A stretch of 64,000 nt of DNA from Candidatus Omnitrophota bacterium (GCA_016208765.1 JACQXK010000038.1:14955-78954), one strand, 5' to 3'. Counted from the first letter of the stretch, positions 45,496 to 54,137 are shown. Numbers and translations: made by a program. Notes: generated by a model from the sequence alone, not told the origin.

Positions 45496-45524
45496 AATAT
45501 AACATGCACAAACATGGGTGTCAA
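45496..45524 (-). promoter_or_regulatory. Sigma70-like promoter of the flp array (TTGACA, 17 nt spacer, TATATT)
   Basis: Sense strand: TTGACAcccatgtttgtgcatgtTATATT. An ATGTCC half-site abuts the -35. Confidence 0.5.
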
Positions 45525-45555
45525 GGACATTTCAGCTCAAACAGGAAAGCGCTTT

Positions 45556-47370
45556 CTAAACCTGAAACCAAATTGACTTGTTGTCACAAGACTTAATCTC
45601 ACGCTCATTTAACCTCAGGCAGGCGTATTTGAGCTCCCTTAAATAGCGAAAACCCTGCGCAGGCTTAAAAATATAAATTAAATCATTGCCTTTGTGCTCA
45701 ACATGCACTTCCATGGAGTAAAACTGCTCTTTTACCGTCGGAAAATCAATATTTTCCGCGCCGGCAGGAAAAAAATACCTTTTAAAATATGCGTCTAATG
45801 CCAAAAGATACTGATTAAACAAGGTTAATGTGTCACTCTTCACATATTGCTGCAGGCTTAATGATTCTGCAGAAAAACCCTGCTGCGAACTTGCCGTGTA
45901 AGTAAAAAATTCTATTTTACGCTGAAAGTCCTGCAGGCCTTCTTCAAAATTTGGCCAATGCTCCAGATAAAGCACAGCCAGATCTTCAATTTTAATCTCT
46001 TCCGGAGCAATATTTGAAAGAATAAAAAGGCGAGGCTTATCCGAGAGGGAGTTTTGTAAAACGCACCCTCTTAATGTAACATTATGCGTTGCATGTGGTT
46101 GCGATAGGCTGACTTCAATTGGAGCAAGAAAATATTCCTTATTTAGGGTGCTAAAATAATATGGCCTAAATTCCCCTGTTTTCTTTATCTTTCTATAACC
46201 ACTGTATTGCCAAGGCCATAGCGCAAGAATAAGCCTTCTTTTTTGCGGTTTCATGGTGAAGATCTCCAGCTCATCCAAACGGTTGCCATAAAAAGTTAAT
46301 GAGCGGATTTGCTTTTGCTGGTTTTCTAAAGCCAAAAGAAAATTCAAGAATTCAACTGGTAAATCTTCCCCTCCAGGGCAAGAATAAAAAACAAGCGGCT
46401 CATTTTCAAAGAAATGCCTGTTTATGTAATTCTTTGCAGCCAAAAGAGTTGTGCCAAAATCATAAGGCACATATGCTGCCGACCAAACTGTGCGTAACTG
46501 CCCGTCTAAATACAGGCTCTGCCCGTCTGAAAGCACAACCTTGATACAACGCACAGGCTCAAAGGTATTAACGATCGTACGAAACACATCTATATTAATT
46601 TCTTTAACCGTTTGGATACTATCAAGATATGCGTTAATTTCCTCCTGGGAGAATTGCTTTCCGGTTAGATTTGCTGCTAAAGAAAGCCTTTCATAAGATA
46701 AATTTGCCAAACCTTCTAATTGCAAGTAAATTACGCTTTCAGTAATTAGCGAAAAATCACCTGAGACAAGTTTTATCCTGCGCTTGATCACCTCGGCAAT
46801 ATGTTTAGAGCCTTGCAGGAGATAATCCATGGCTTTCAACAAGATCAAACCATTCAACAGGATTTCTTTTTGCGGTTTTATTTCAGGCAGCACCTCTGGT
46901 ATTTCTGCCACGGGGGTTTGCTCAGTAACAGATTCTCCGACGGGAATCTTTTCTTTTTCACCGGTTATCTCTATGGGCAGGTTTATTTCTTCAACAGGCT
47001 TTAAAGGTACAGCTGCTTCGGGCATAATTACTGTTTCTTCTGGTTTTGCCTGCGCAGCAACCGGCATGATTTCTATTGCCGGCTCGGCTTTTACTTCATC
47101 GGGCTGTTTCAAAATGCCTTTTAAGTCATCCTGAGAGAGGGCATTGGCCGGCCGAAGGATCTTAACTCTGCGGCGCTTACAAGGCCTTCCTACCGGCATG
47201 CTTAAGCTGGCATTCTTAATGATAAAATTAATACTTGATTTGGAAAGCTTAATATTAAATTTGTGCTGAACCAAAGAGGTGAGGCCACGGCAGCTCAGAG
47301 AATGATCATTCTTTTTTTCCTCTAAGACGAAGCTGATTACCTCTGATTTAATTTTGTAGATTACGCCCAT
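45556..47370 (-). CDS. 604-aa protein with N-terminal helix-turn-helix (transposase-like HTH, ...SMPVGRPCKRRRVK), Pro/Glu-rich linker and a large C-terminal domain; candidate locus regulator
   Basis: ORF track entry. RBS GGAGAGAG. Its promoter is bracketed by AGATTGGACATTT sites. Confidence 0.5.
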   Translation of the reverse strand: MGVIYKIKSEVISFVLEEKKNDHSLSCRGLTSLVQHKFNIKLSKSSINFIIKNASLSMPVGRPCKRRRVKILRPANALSQDDLKGILKQPDEVKAEPAIEIMPVAAQAKPEETVIMPEAAVPLKPVEEINLPIEITGEKEKIPVGESVTEQTPVAEIPEVLPEIKPQKEILLNGLILLKAMDYLLQGSKHIAEVIKRRIKLVSGDFSLITESVIYLQLEGLANLSYERLSLAANLTGKQFSQEEINAYLDSIQTVKEINIDVFRTIVNTFEPVRCIKVVLSDGQSLYLDGQLRTVWSAAYVPYDFGTTLLAAKNYINRHFFENEPLVFYSCPGGEDLPVEFLNFLLALENQQKQIRSLTFYGNRLDELEIFTMKPQKRRLILALWPWQYSGYRKIKKTGEFRPYYFSTLNKEYFLAPIEVSLSQPHATHNVTLRGCVLQNSLSDKPRLFILSNIAPEEIKIEDLAVLYLEHWPNFEEGLQDFQRKIEFFTYTASSQQGFSAESLSLQQYVKSDTLTLFNQYLLALDAYFKRYFFPAGAENIDFPTVKEQFYSMEVHVEHKGNDLIYIFKPAQGFRYLRELKYACLRLNEREIKSCDNKSIWFQV

Positions 47371-47379
47371 GCTCTCTCC

Positions 47380-47450
47380 AGATTGGACATTTCCTCTACA
47401 ATATTACCATTTTTATGCGGCGTGTCAAGCTCTTTATAGATTGGACATTT
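47380..47450 (-). promoter_or_regulatory. Promoter of the HTH-protein gene (TTGACA, 16 nt spacer, TAATAT) flanked by two direct AGATTGGACATTT sites
   Basis: Sites at 47380-47392 and 47438-47450. -35 at 47423-47428, -10 at 47401-47406. Confidence 0.5.
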
Positions 47451-47793
47451 ATTCTTGAACAGCTAAGATATCACCAACTTGGGCTTGAGATGCGGAAATA
47501 CTGCCTGCGGAAAATTCTACAACATAGCGCGCCTGCCAGAAAATCGAGCTAAACTTAAACGGCTTAAGCGCAAAAAGCATAGCAACAACTTTGTAATTTT
47601 TGTCTAAAAAGAGCGCATCAATAGAGAAGCGCATAAAAAAGGTGTGAATTGAATTGCAGGGTTTAATTAATAACGCTGTATCTTGCGCCAAACTGCTTCT
47701 ACCCAGCAATCCCCTGGTCCTTGACCAAAAATTATCTGCAATAATCAGCTTCTGGGCAAGCACAATATTCTTAGTTTGATTTAGTAAGCGCAT
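47449..47793 (-). CDS. DUF192 (COG1430) family protein
   Basis: ...LIKPCNSIHTFFMRFSIDALFLDKNYKVVAM... matches the DUF192 core. Confidence 0.55.
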   Translation of the reverse strand: MRLLNQTKNIVLAQKLIIADNFWSRTRGLLGRSSLAQDTALLIKPCNSIHTFFMRFSIDALFLDKNYKVVAMLFALKPFKFSSIFWQARYVVEFSAGSISASQAQVGDILAVQE

Positions 47794-47797
47794 TTAG

Positions 47798-47823
47798 ATC
47801 CTTCGCTCGTTCAGGATGACGTC
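47798..47823. repeat. S-element copy 3 (reverse orientation) spanning the tadZ-tadA stop codon
   Basis: gatccttcgctcgttcaggatgacgtc. Confidence 0.6.
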
Positions 47824-49967
47824 TTAAAGACATCATCGGACAAAGCAATGCCTTTAATTTTAAGCTCTTGCACAAATGGAGGGATGTAACCGGTAGCCGT
47901 AAAATTTCCTAAAACCTTGCCCTGATTGTCAACGCCGGTCTGACGAAAATTAAAAACGTCTTTTAAGCCGATATGTACTTCGTCTTTCATGCCGCTCAAC
48001 TCTGATATTTGTATTATTTTACGCGTCCCGTCGCTAAGGCGGGCAGTGTGCACAATAATATGCAATGCAGAAGCAATCATCTCACGAATAGCCCTGATCG
48101 GAAGCTCTACTCCTGACATAAGGATCATAGAATCAAGCCTGACTAAAACATCCTGCGTAGAATTAGCATGCACAGTCGTCATAGAGCCGTCGTGGCCTGT
48201 GTTCATTGCCTGAAGCATGTCCAGGGTTTCTGCGCCGCGGCACTCTCCTATAACAATTCTATCGGGGCGCATACGCAGAGTGTTACGAAAGAGTTCACGG
48301 ATAGAAATCATCCCTTTCCCTTCAATGTTAGGCGGACGCGACTCTAACCTGATCCAATGCTCCTGGCTTAATTTAAGTTCAGCCGCATCTTCAATAGTAA
48401 CAATTCGCTCGGTATTTGGGATAAAAGCTGAGAGGATATTTAAAACCGTAGTCTTACCCGAACCCGTCCCACCGGAAACAATAACATTCTTTCTGGCGAC
48501 AACACACGCCCTGATAAAATCTGCCATTGCCTTACTAACAGAGTTCATGGCGATTAATTCTTCTATCTTAAATTTTTCTTTTCTAAATTTACGGATCGTC
48601 AGCGTCGGCCCGGTAAGCGCCAAAGGCGGGATAATCGCGTTTACGCGCGAGCCGTCGGCAAGGCGGCTATCCACCATCGGCACAGATTCATCAATGCGCC
48701 GGCCGGTAGGAGCAATGATACGCTCAATAATCGTTTTTACCTGATCATTAGAAATAAACTTTTTGCTGGTCAGCTCTATTTTTCCATGACGCTCAATATA
48801 CACTTCATCTTTGTTATTAACCATGATGTCGGTAATGCCGGGGTCTGCCAAAAGGTCTTCTAAAGGGCCCAACCCAAGCGCCTCATCAACTATTTCCTTG
48901 ATAAATTTGTTGCGCACCTCCATAGAAGAAATAAAACTGCCGGCCTCATCGGTGAGTAAGTTAGAAACAATTACTTCTGCTTTCTTCCTAAGCTCATGTT
49001 TTTTCACCGCGTCGCTAAAGATCTTGACGTCTAGCCTTTTAATATTCATTTCATCAATCAGGCGGTTATGGATCCGGCGTTTGATCAAAAGCACCTGATC
49101 GGTTTCTGCTGCCACCTCTTCCTCTTGCCCGGCAACGCTAACACCGAATTCTTTCCAAAATGCCGCAGGCTTCTCCAACTGCTCCTTACCTGCCTCAAGA
49201 GCCCCGATCTCTCTGTGAGAAGTATATAATCTTTCTTCAACGATAAGTTTGTGCGCGAATTTCTTGATTGCCTGAGAGATGCCGGATTTAGGCACATCTA
49301 CCACTACCGGAACGCGGCGGTTAATAGAAAGCCCGACGATTTTACCCTCTGAGGGCAGTGCCGCAATAATCTCGCTGGACAAATTAACCTGCAACTCTTC
49401 AAGGCTGATACTTGAAACAGATTCTGAACGGTTAATCACCACCTTGATCATCGTCAAAGGAAAATGCATTGACTGCAAAGTATCCACAACCCACTTCGTC
49501 TGGTATACAGATAAAATATCCGGAGTTACCAAAAGAAGGATCAAGTTTGACTGATTAATTGAACGCATAAATATTTCATTAAAACTCTTACCGGCATCAA
49601 TTACAACATAATCATAATCGCTGGCATATAATTTAAAAATTGTATCAATGCACTCAGGAGGCAAAATCGCGGCCTGTTGCGGTTTTAAAACCGCAGGAAG
49701 GAAATCAAAACCAAAAGCAGTATGCGTAATAAATGCCTGCTTTTCCGCATCAGCCTTTTGTCTTTTAATGGCTCCGGAGATATCAATCATTGATTTTTGC
49801 GGGCCAAGATTAAGCATCCTTGACAGATCCCCTACACCCTGCAAATCAAAATCCATTAACAAGACGCGTTTTTTCTCGTCGCGGGAAAGGCTCGCGGCAA
49901 GATTAGAGGCGACAAAGGTTTTACCCACTCCACCTTTTGTGCTGAATATTGATATTACCTTAGACAT
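47811..49967 (-). CDS. tadA: Fused TadZ/CpaE-like (MinD/ParA-type) N-terminal domain + TadA/CpaF secretion ATPase
   Basis: N-terminus MSKVISIFSTKGGVGKTFVASNLA (deviant Walker A). C-terminal part VSGGTGSGKTT...DRIVIGECRG...TGHDGSMTTVHANS (VirB11/CpaF Walker A, Walker B, His box). Confidence 0.8.
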   Translation of the reverse strand: MSKVISIFSTKGGVGKTFVASNLAASLSRDEKKRVLLMDFDLQGVGDLSRMLNLGPQKSMIDISGAIKRQKADAEKQAFITHTAFGFDFLPAVLKPQQAAILPPECIDTIFKLYASDYDYVVIDAGKSFNEIFMRSINQSNLILLLVTPDILSVYQTKWVVDTLQSMHFPLTMIKVVINRSESVSSISLEELQVNLSSEIIAALPSEGKIVGLSINRRVPVVVDVPKSGISQAIKKFAHKLIVEERLYTSHREIGALEAGKEQLEKPAAFWKEFGVSVAGQEEEVAAETDQVLLIKRRIHNRLIDEMNIKRLDVKIFSDAVKKHELRKKAEVIVSNLLTDEAGSFISSMEVRNKFIKEIVDEALGLGPLEDLLADPGITDIMVNNKDEVYIERHGKIELTSKKFISNDQVKTIIERIIAPTGRRIDESVPMVDSRLADGSRVNAIIPPLALTGPTLTIRKFRKEKFKIEELIAMNSVSKAMADFIRACVVARKNVIVSGGTGSGKTTVLNILSAFIPNTERIVTIEDAAELKLSQEHWIRLESRPPNIEGKGMISIRELFRNTLRMRPDRIVIGECRGAETLDMLQAMNTGHDGSMTTVHANSTQDVLVRLDSMILMSGVELPIRAIREMIASALHIIVHTARLSDGTRKIIQISELSGMKDEVHIGLKDVFNFRQTGVDNQGKVLGNFTATGYIPPFVQELKIKGIALSDDVFKTSS

Positions 49968-49970
49968 AAT

Positions 49971-51647
49971 TTACTCTAACTGATAGGAAATCGGGATATC
50001 CACCCATAATTCTTTAGTGCCGATTGTCGTAGGAAACGGAGGATACTGAGAAATCTGTTTTGCAACTTTTAAAGCGTTATCGTCAAGTATTTTATAGTTT
50101 GAGGAATTCTTAACCACGGCATCCAGCAAATCACCTTTGTAAGAAATAAGCAGGCTCAGTTGCACTGTCCCTTCAAACCCGGATTGCTTTGCTTGGGCAG
50201 GATAGGCTAAATTCTTCATAATCTTTTGTTTGATTATGCCTGTGTATTTTGCAACAGGGTCTAACGCATACTCGTCTGCAACTTCAACTGTAGAAGCAGC
50301 TTTTTTTGCCTGCTCCATGCTAATATCCATTTGTTTTGCATCTGGGGTTAACGGTTGTTGAGGTTTTTCGGCATCTGCAGGCTGCTCCTCGGTTTTCTTT
50401 TCCAAATAAGGAGTTTCCCTGCTGACAATCGTCGGGGTAATGATAATATATAATTCGGTATCTGCTTTCTGCCCTGTGCCGCCGCCGGTCTTGGTTACTC
50501 TTTTTCTAAAAGCTCCCCCAACCAAAGGAAGGTCCCCGAACCAGGGAACCTTGGTTACCTGTTCCTCGGTTTTCCTGCGCATCAGGCCGCCGATGGATAA
50601 TGTCTGCCCGTTCAACAGGAATAGCTCTGTTGAGGCATTGCGCTTGGTTAATGGGAATGCCTTTGCAGTAATGTTGGTCGCTGTGCCAAGAGTTTCCGCC
50701 TCGCCGTAATCGCTAACCTCCATTTTCACTCCCAACTTAATACGGTCATCGGGCATTACTGTTGGTTTCATCTTAAGCTTAATCCCAAATTCTTTATACT
50801 CAACTTCTGTGCCGGAAGAACCTGCTGTCGCCGCCACAGAAGTAGTGAGCACGGGCTTTTCTCCTCCGACGAGCAATTCAGCTTCTTTGCCGCTTTGACA
50901 GGCAAGCCGCGGACGGGAAAGAATCTTTGCCTTACCCTCCTCTATTAAAGCATCCAGCTTTAAGGTAAATGCGCTGTCTCGCTTAACATTTAAAAGCCTG
51001 AATACATTAGAAAATGCCGTACCACCAGCAGCCAAACCCGGAGAGCCTACTTCAGTAAGACTGACAGAACTCGGCCAGGTAACTCCGAGAGTTTTGCTTG
51101 CATCCTGATCAAGTTCTAAAACCTGCACATCAATTTCTACCACAGATTCTTCTTCGCGGACAGTAGTCAAATTTATTGTTTTTGCCATTAAAGGGCCGAG
51201 CGCCAAAGAAATTTTTTTAATGTCATCGTCGCTTTTTACCCTGCCTAAAAGCATTACCTTGCCTTCCTCATCAGAATCCTTTGTATATACCTCGGGAAGA
51301 TCTAAAGTTTCGAGCATGCTGTCTATTCTACGTTTAATATCCTTCATATCTTCTGTATAGACCCTTATTTCCTGTGACTTTTCTCCGGAAGCATCCCAAT
51401 AAAAAAGAGTAGTTGTGCCTCGGCCTTTGGCAGCAACAATGATAGTATCTTTGCTGACCTCTACCACATCAATTACCTGAGGGTTAGAAATTACTATTCT
51501 CGTCGGGTTAGAAGCAGAAATAGGCCGCGTGTCTCCGACATACATAACAAATTCCTCGCCTGATTTATCCGCAGCGCCCAAAACGCCAAAACAACATAAA
51601 ATTGCAAACCCCGACACAATAAAACTCTGCAAGATTCTTTTTGTCAT
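49971..51647 (-). CDS. cpaC: Tad secretin (RcpA/CpaC family) with C-terminal TonB-C-like domain
   Basis: Secretin core ...TLSIGGLMRRKTEEQVTKVPWFGDLPLVGGAFR...ELYIIITPTIV. C-terminus YPAQAKQSGFEGTVQLSLLISYKGDLLDAVVKNSS...LDDNALKVAKQISQYPPFP matches the TonB_C pattern. Confidence 0.75.
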   Translation of the reverse strand: MTKRILQSFIVSGFAILCCFGVLGAADKSGEEFVMYVGDTRPISASNPTRIVISNPQVIDVVEVSKDTIIVAAKGRGTTTLFYWDASGEKSQEIRVYTEDMKDIKRRIDSMLETLDLPEVYTKDSDEEGKVMLLGRVKSDDDIKKISLALGPLMAKTINLTTVREEESVVEIDVQVLELDQDASKTLGVTWPSSVSLTEVGSPGLAAGGTAFSNVFRLLNVKRDSAFTLKLDALIEEGKAKILSRPRLACQSGKEAELLVGGEKPVLTTSVAATAGSSGTEVEYKEFGIKLKMKPTVMPDDRIKLGVKMEVSDYGEAETLGTATNITAKAFPLTKRNASTELFLLNGQTLSIGGLMRRKTEEQVTKVPWFGDLPLVGGAFRKRVTKTGGGTGQKADTELYIIITPTIVSRETPYLEKKTEEQPADAEKPQQPLTPDAKQMDISMEQAKKAASTVEVADEYALDPVAKYTGIIKQKIMKNLAYPAQAKQSGFEGTVQLSLLISYKGDLLDAVVKNSSNYKILDDNALKVAKQISQYPPFPTTIGTKELWVDIPISYQLE

Positions 51648-51657
51648 TATTTTTCCT

Positions 51658-52611
51658 CTATTTATTGGATAAAGGCATTCTTTCTTTGTTTAAGCCCCGA
51701 TAAATCTCTACGAAACCTTTTTCTTCCCGCGGCTTTTCAGCTTCCACGTTAGAAGGAGTTATATAATTTAACAAGGTATCCCAATCAGCCGGCTTGGTTT
51801 TGTCAATCTGGGTATCTCCCGGAGAGCGCAGCACCAGCCTGATTTTTCCTTGTTCGTTAACAAACGATATTAAGTTCGCCTCTTCCGGAGAAAGCGCCAA
51901 TGTAATTAAAGGTGAAATGTCTTTCTTTTTGTCGCTGCCTTTGGATTTAAAAATCATTCCTGCTTGCGGAGATAAAATTTCATCTCCAACTGCCAGCACT
52001 AAAACGTTTTGAAATAAAGGCACAGTGCTTTTATCTTTTTGCTTTTCATTATCTTTTACGCCCATTGGCCCGCTGTTAGGCAGGGCAATAATAGCAATCA
52101 AATCCACAAAATCACCCGGCTTAATCATTCCTGCCAAAGAAGAGATATTGTCTACCGAAATCGTGATCGCCCTTTTCCCTGCGGGAGTAACTTCGGCTAA
52201 TCCGCTTTCTTTTTGGGTATATTTTTGCTTTCCGCCACCTTCTATCTGCGTGACCTTATTTGCAGTGATCTGTTCCCCTTTTAAAATATCTTCAATAACA
52301 CCCATTCCCGCTACTGCATCCATAGCTGTTGCCGCATTAGGACGGACATATTTTTCAGGGATTACTTGCGCAACAACCATAGAAGGATCTATAACTGTGC
52401 CGCGCGGAAGATCCTTATTTGCCACCAACACTGCCACCATAGAAGATTGTAAACGCTTAAATTCTTCTTTAGCGTTCTCTGTAACTTTTTTCTTTTCAGT
52501 CTCTATTAGATACTTGACCGTAAAGACAGTAACCACTGCCAAGACGATACTGATCAACACCATCGGGATTTTTTTCTGCATATTCTGCATATTATTTAAT
52601 TTCTCCCTCAA
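51658..52611 (-). CDS. cpaB: Flp pilus assembly protein CpaB/RcpC
   Basis: N-terminal TM followed by ...DLPRGTVIDPSMV... (SAF/CpaB). Operon position. Confidence 0.65.
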   Translation of the reverse strand: MREKLNNMQNMQKKIPMVLISIVLAVVTVFTVKYLIETEKKKVTENAKEEFKRLQSSMVAVLVANKDLPRGTVIDPSMVVAQVIPEKYVRPNAATAMDAVAGMGVIEDILKGEQITANKVTQIEGGGKQKYTQKESGLAEVTPAGKRAITISVDNISSLAGMIKPGDFVDLIAIIALPNSGPMGVKDNEKQKDKSTVPLFQNVLVLAVGDEILSPQAGMIFKSKGSDKKKDISPLITLALSPEEANLISFVNEQGKIRLVLRSPGDTQIDKTKPADWDTLLNYITPSNVEAEKPREEKGFVEIYRGLNKERMPLSNK

Positions 52612-53509
52612 TAATTTCTATTTTTGCTCCGCGGTTTAGCTGATCAATCATATTTTCCATTTTCTGCTGCTGCTTTAAAAATACGAGCGCGCGCTTAATA
52701 TCATCCCACATTTCAGACAATGTCTTTTGCTTACCCCCACGCTTACCTTCTAATTTAACAATATAATAACCGTCGGGGCCTTTAAATATGCTGCTGACCT
52801 TGCCGACTTCCAGCGAATCGGAGAAAGCCACTGTATCAAACTGTTCCGACTTTTTACCTCTCTGCAAATATCCAAGGTCGCCTCCGGATGCCGCGCTCTT
52901 TGCCCTTGAGCGATCTTTTGCAATAGTGGCAAAATCTGCTCCCTGCAAAAGCTGGATCATAATATCTTTTGCATCCTGCTCGCTGGGAACCATAATCTCC
53001 CTGATCTGCCGCTCTTCGGGTTCCTTCAGCTTATCTTTATACAAGTTATAATATTCTTCAATTTCTCCTGAAGTAACATCCACATTTTCGGTTTCTTTAC
53101 GCACAAGCTCTAAGACAAGCAGATTCTGTTTTGTTTTTTCAAGCGCCAAAAGAATGTCTTCTTTTTTATCAAGCCCTTGCTTTAATGCCTCCTGATATAA
53201 AAGTATCTGGCGGACCTTGTCATTTTTCAAATACTCAATTTTTTTATCACGGGTGGTGATTTTTAATTCCGGCTTATCTGCCGGGACGGAAGCATTGTAG
53301 GCCTCTATATCCTGATTCAGATCTTCAAGTGTAACCGCTGTGCCGTTAACCTTAGCTACTATCGGCCCCTTTCCCACAAAAGCCGTAGAAACAGAAGCAG
53401 ATTTTTTCGCCGGGCTCTTTTTTTGCTGCAACATCGGGAGCTTATCGCAACCTATTATTACCATGATAGCACAAAATAAAACTAAAAGGATCCTTCTGTT
53501 CATCTTCAT
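52592..53509 (-). CDS. PpiC-type peptidyl-prolyl isomerase lipoprotein (SurA/PrsA-like)
   Basis: Lipobox VIIGC. Parvulin motif ...QGADFATIAKDRSRAKSAASGGDLGYLQRGK...SSIFKGPDGYYIVKLEG. Confidence 0.65.
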   Translation of the reverse strand: MKMNRRILLVLFCAIMVIIGCDKLPMLQQKKSPAKKSASVSTAFVGKGPIVAKVNGTAVTLEDLNQDIEAYNASVPADKPELKITTRDKKIEYLKNDKVRQILLYQEALKQGLDKKEDILLALEKTKQNLLVLELVRKETENVDVTSGEIEEYYNLYKDKLKEPEERQIREIMVPSEQDAKDIMIQLLQGADFATIAKDRSRAKSAASGGDLGYLQRGKKSEQFDTVAFSDSLEVGKVSSIFKGPDGYYIVKLEGKRGGKQKTLSEMWDDIKRALVFLKQQQKMENMIDQLNRGAKIEIIEGEIK

Positions 53510-53521
53510 CCTCCTTTAAAA

Positions 53522-53764
53522 CTACTCTTTTTTTATCTCGTTAATAATCTTGATCAACAATTCCGCAATCTTGGCGATAATATATAGGAAAAAGAACAGG
53601 AACCCGTATACAGCCAAAACCACAAGGCCCATCCAGCGCGGATACGTGCTGGCAAAACCCAGCATGATCGCAGCTCCCCCTACCGCTCCAAAAAACAAAA
53701 AAATCCAGGCAGCAGCTTTCACCACCACACTGGCAAATTTAAGAAACTCTAAATGTTCGCGCAT
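53522..53764 (-). CDS. Small membrane protein (about 80 aa), unknown function
   Basis: ATG at 53764 preceded by AAGGAGG. Two hydrophobic helices. Confidence 0.5.
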   Translation of the reverse strand: MREHLEFLKFASVVVKAAAWIFLFFGAVGGAAIMLGFASTYPRWMGLVVLAVYGFLFFFLYIIAKIAELLIKIINEIKKE

Positions 53765-53799
53765 CAAACCTCCTTGTTCAATATATTACTTGATTATTA

Positions 53800-53860
53800 T
53801 CATAAAGAAATTAAGAATGCAAGATATTTTTTAAATATTCTAATTTCAATGGGGAAAACT
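53800..53860 (-). promoter_or_regulatory. Possible promoter of the Tad operon (TTGCAT, 17 nt spacer, TAATAA, or TTGAAA, 17 nt spacer, TATCTT)
   Basis: AT-rich region upstream of the 53764 start; weak hexamer matches only. Confidence 0.2.
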
Positions 53861-54007
53861 GCTGCTATCTTAGTATTTTTACGTAGATTTTTTCGTTACG
53901 GACATGCTCTTGGTGGCAAGAGTTATATTGTGCCTATACTCTGAGATTTACAACTATTCGGTGGTGCAATCTCACCCAGCTATTTATTTGGTAACGGGAG
54001 AATTTAG

Positions 54008-54082
54008 TAGCCCCAACCGGATTTGAACCGGTGTTTAGTGGCTGAGAACCACGCGTCCTAGACCAGGCTAGACGATGGGGCC
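54008..54082 (-). tRNA. tRNA-Glu (anticodon CUC), 75 nt, no encoded CCA
   Basis: I folded it by hand. Acceptor GGCCCCA/TGGGGCT (7 bp, one G-U); D-stem GTCT/GGAC with an 11-nt D-loop containing GG; anticodon stem 4 bp plus one mismatch; loop TTCTCAG; T-stem ACCGG/CCGGT; T-loop TTCAAAT; discriminator A. Confidence 0.7.
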
Positions 54083-54137
54083 AAAAGCAGAATTCTTATT
54101 TTAGTTTAACAACATCATCTCGTCAATTAGTTTCTCC

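Noticed and set aside
45556-47370. Active IS element / transposase
   Set aside because: There is no terminal inverted repeat pair in inverted orientation, no target-site duplication and no obvious DDE triad. The AGATTGGACATTT copies near it are direct repeats arranged like operators around a promoter.
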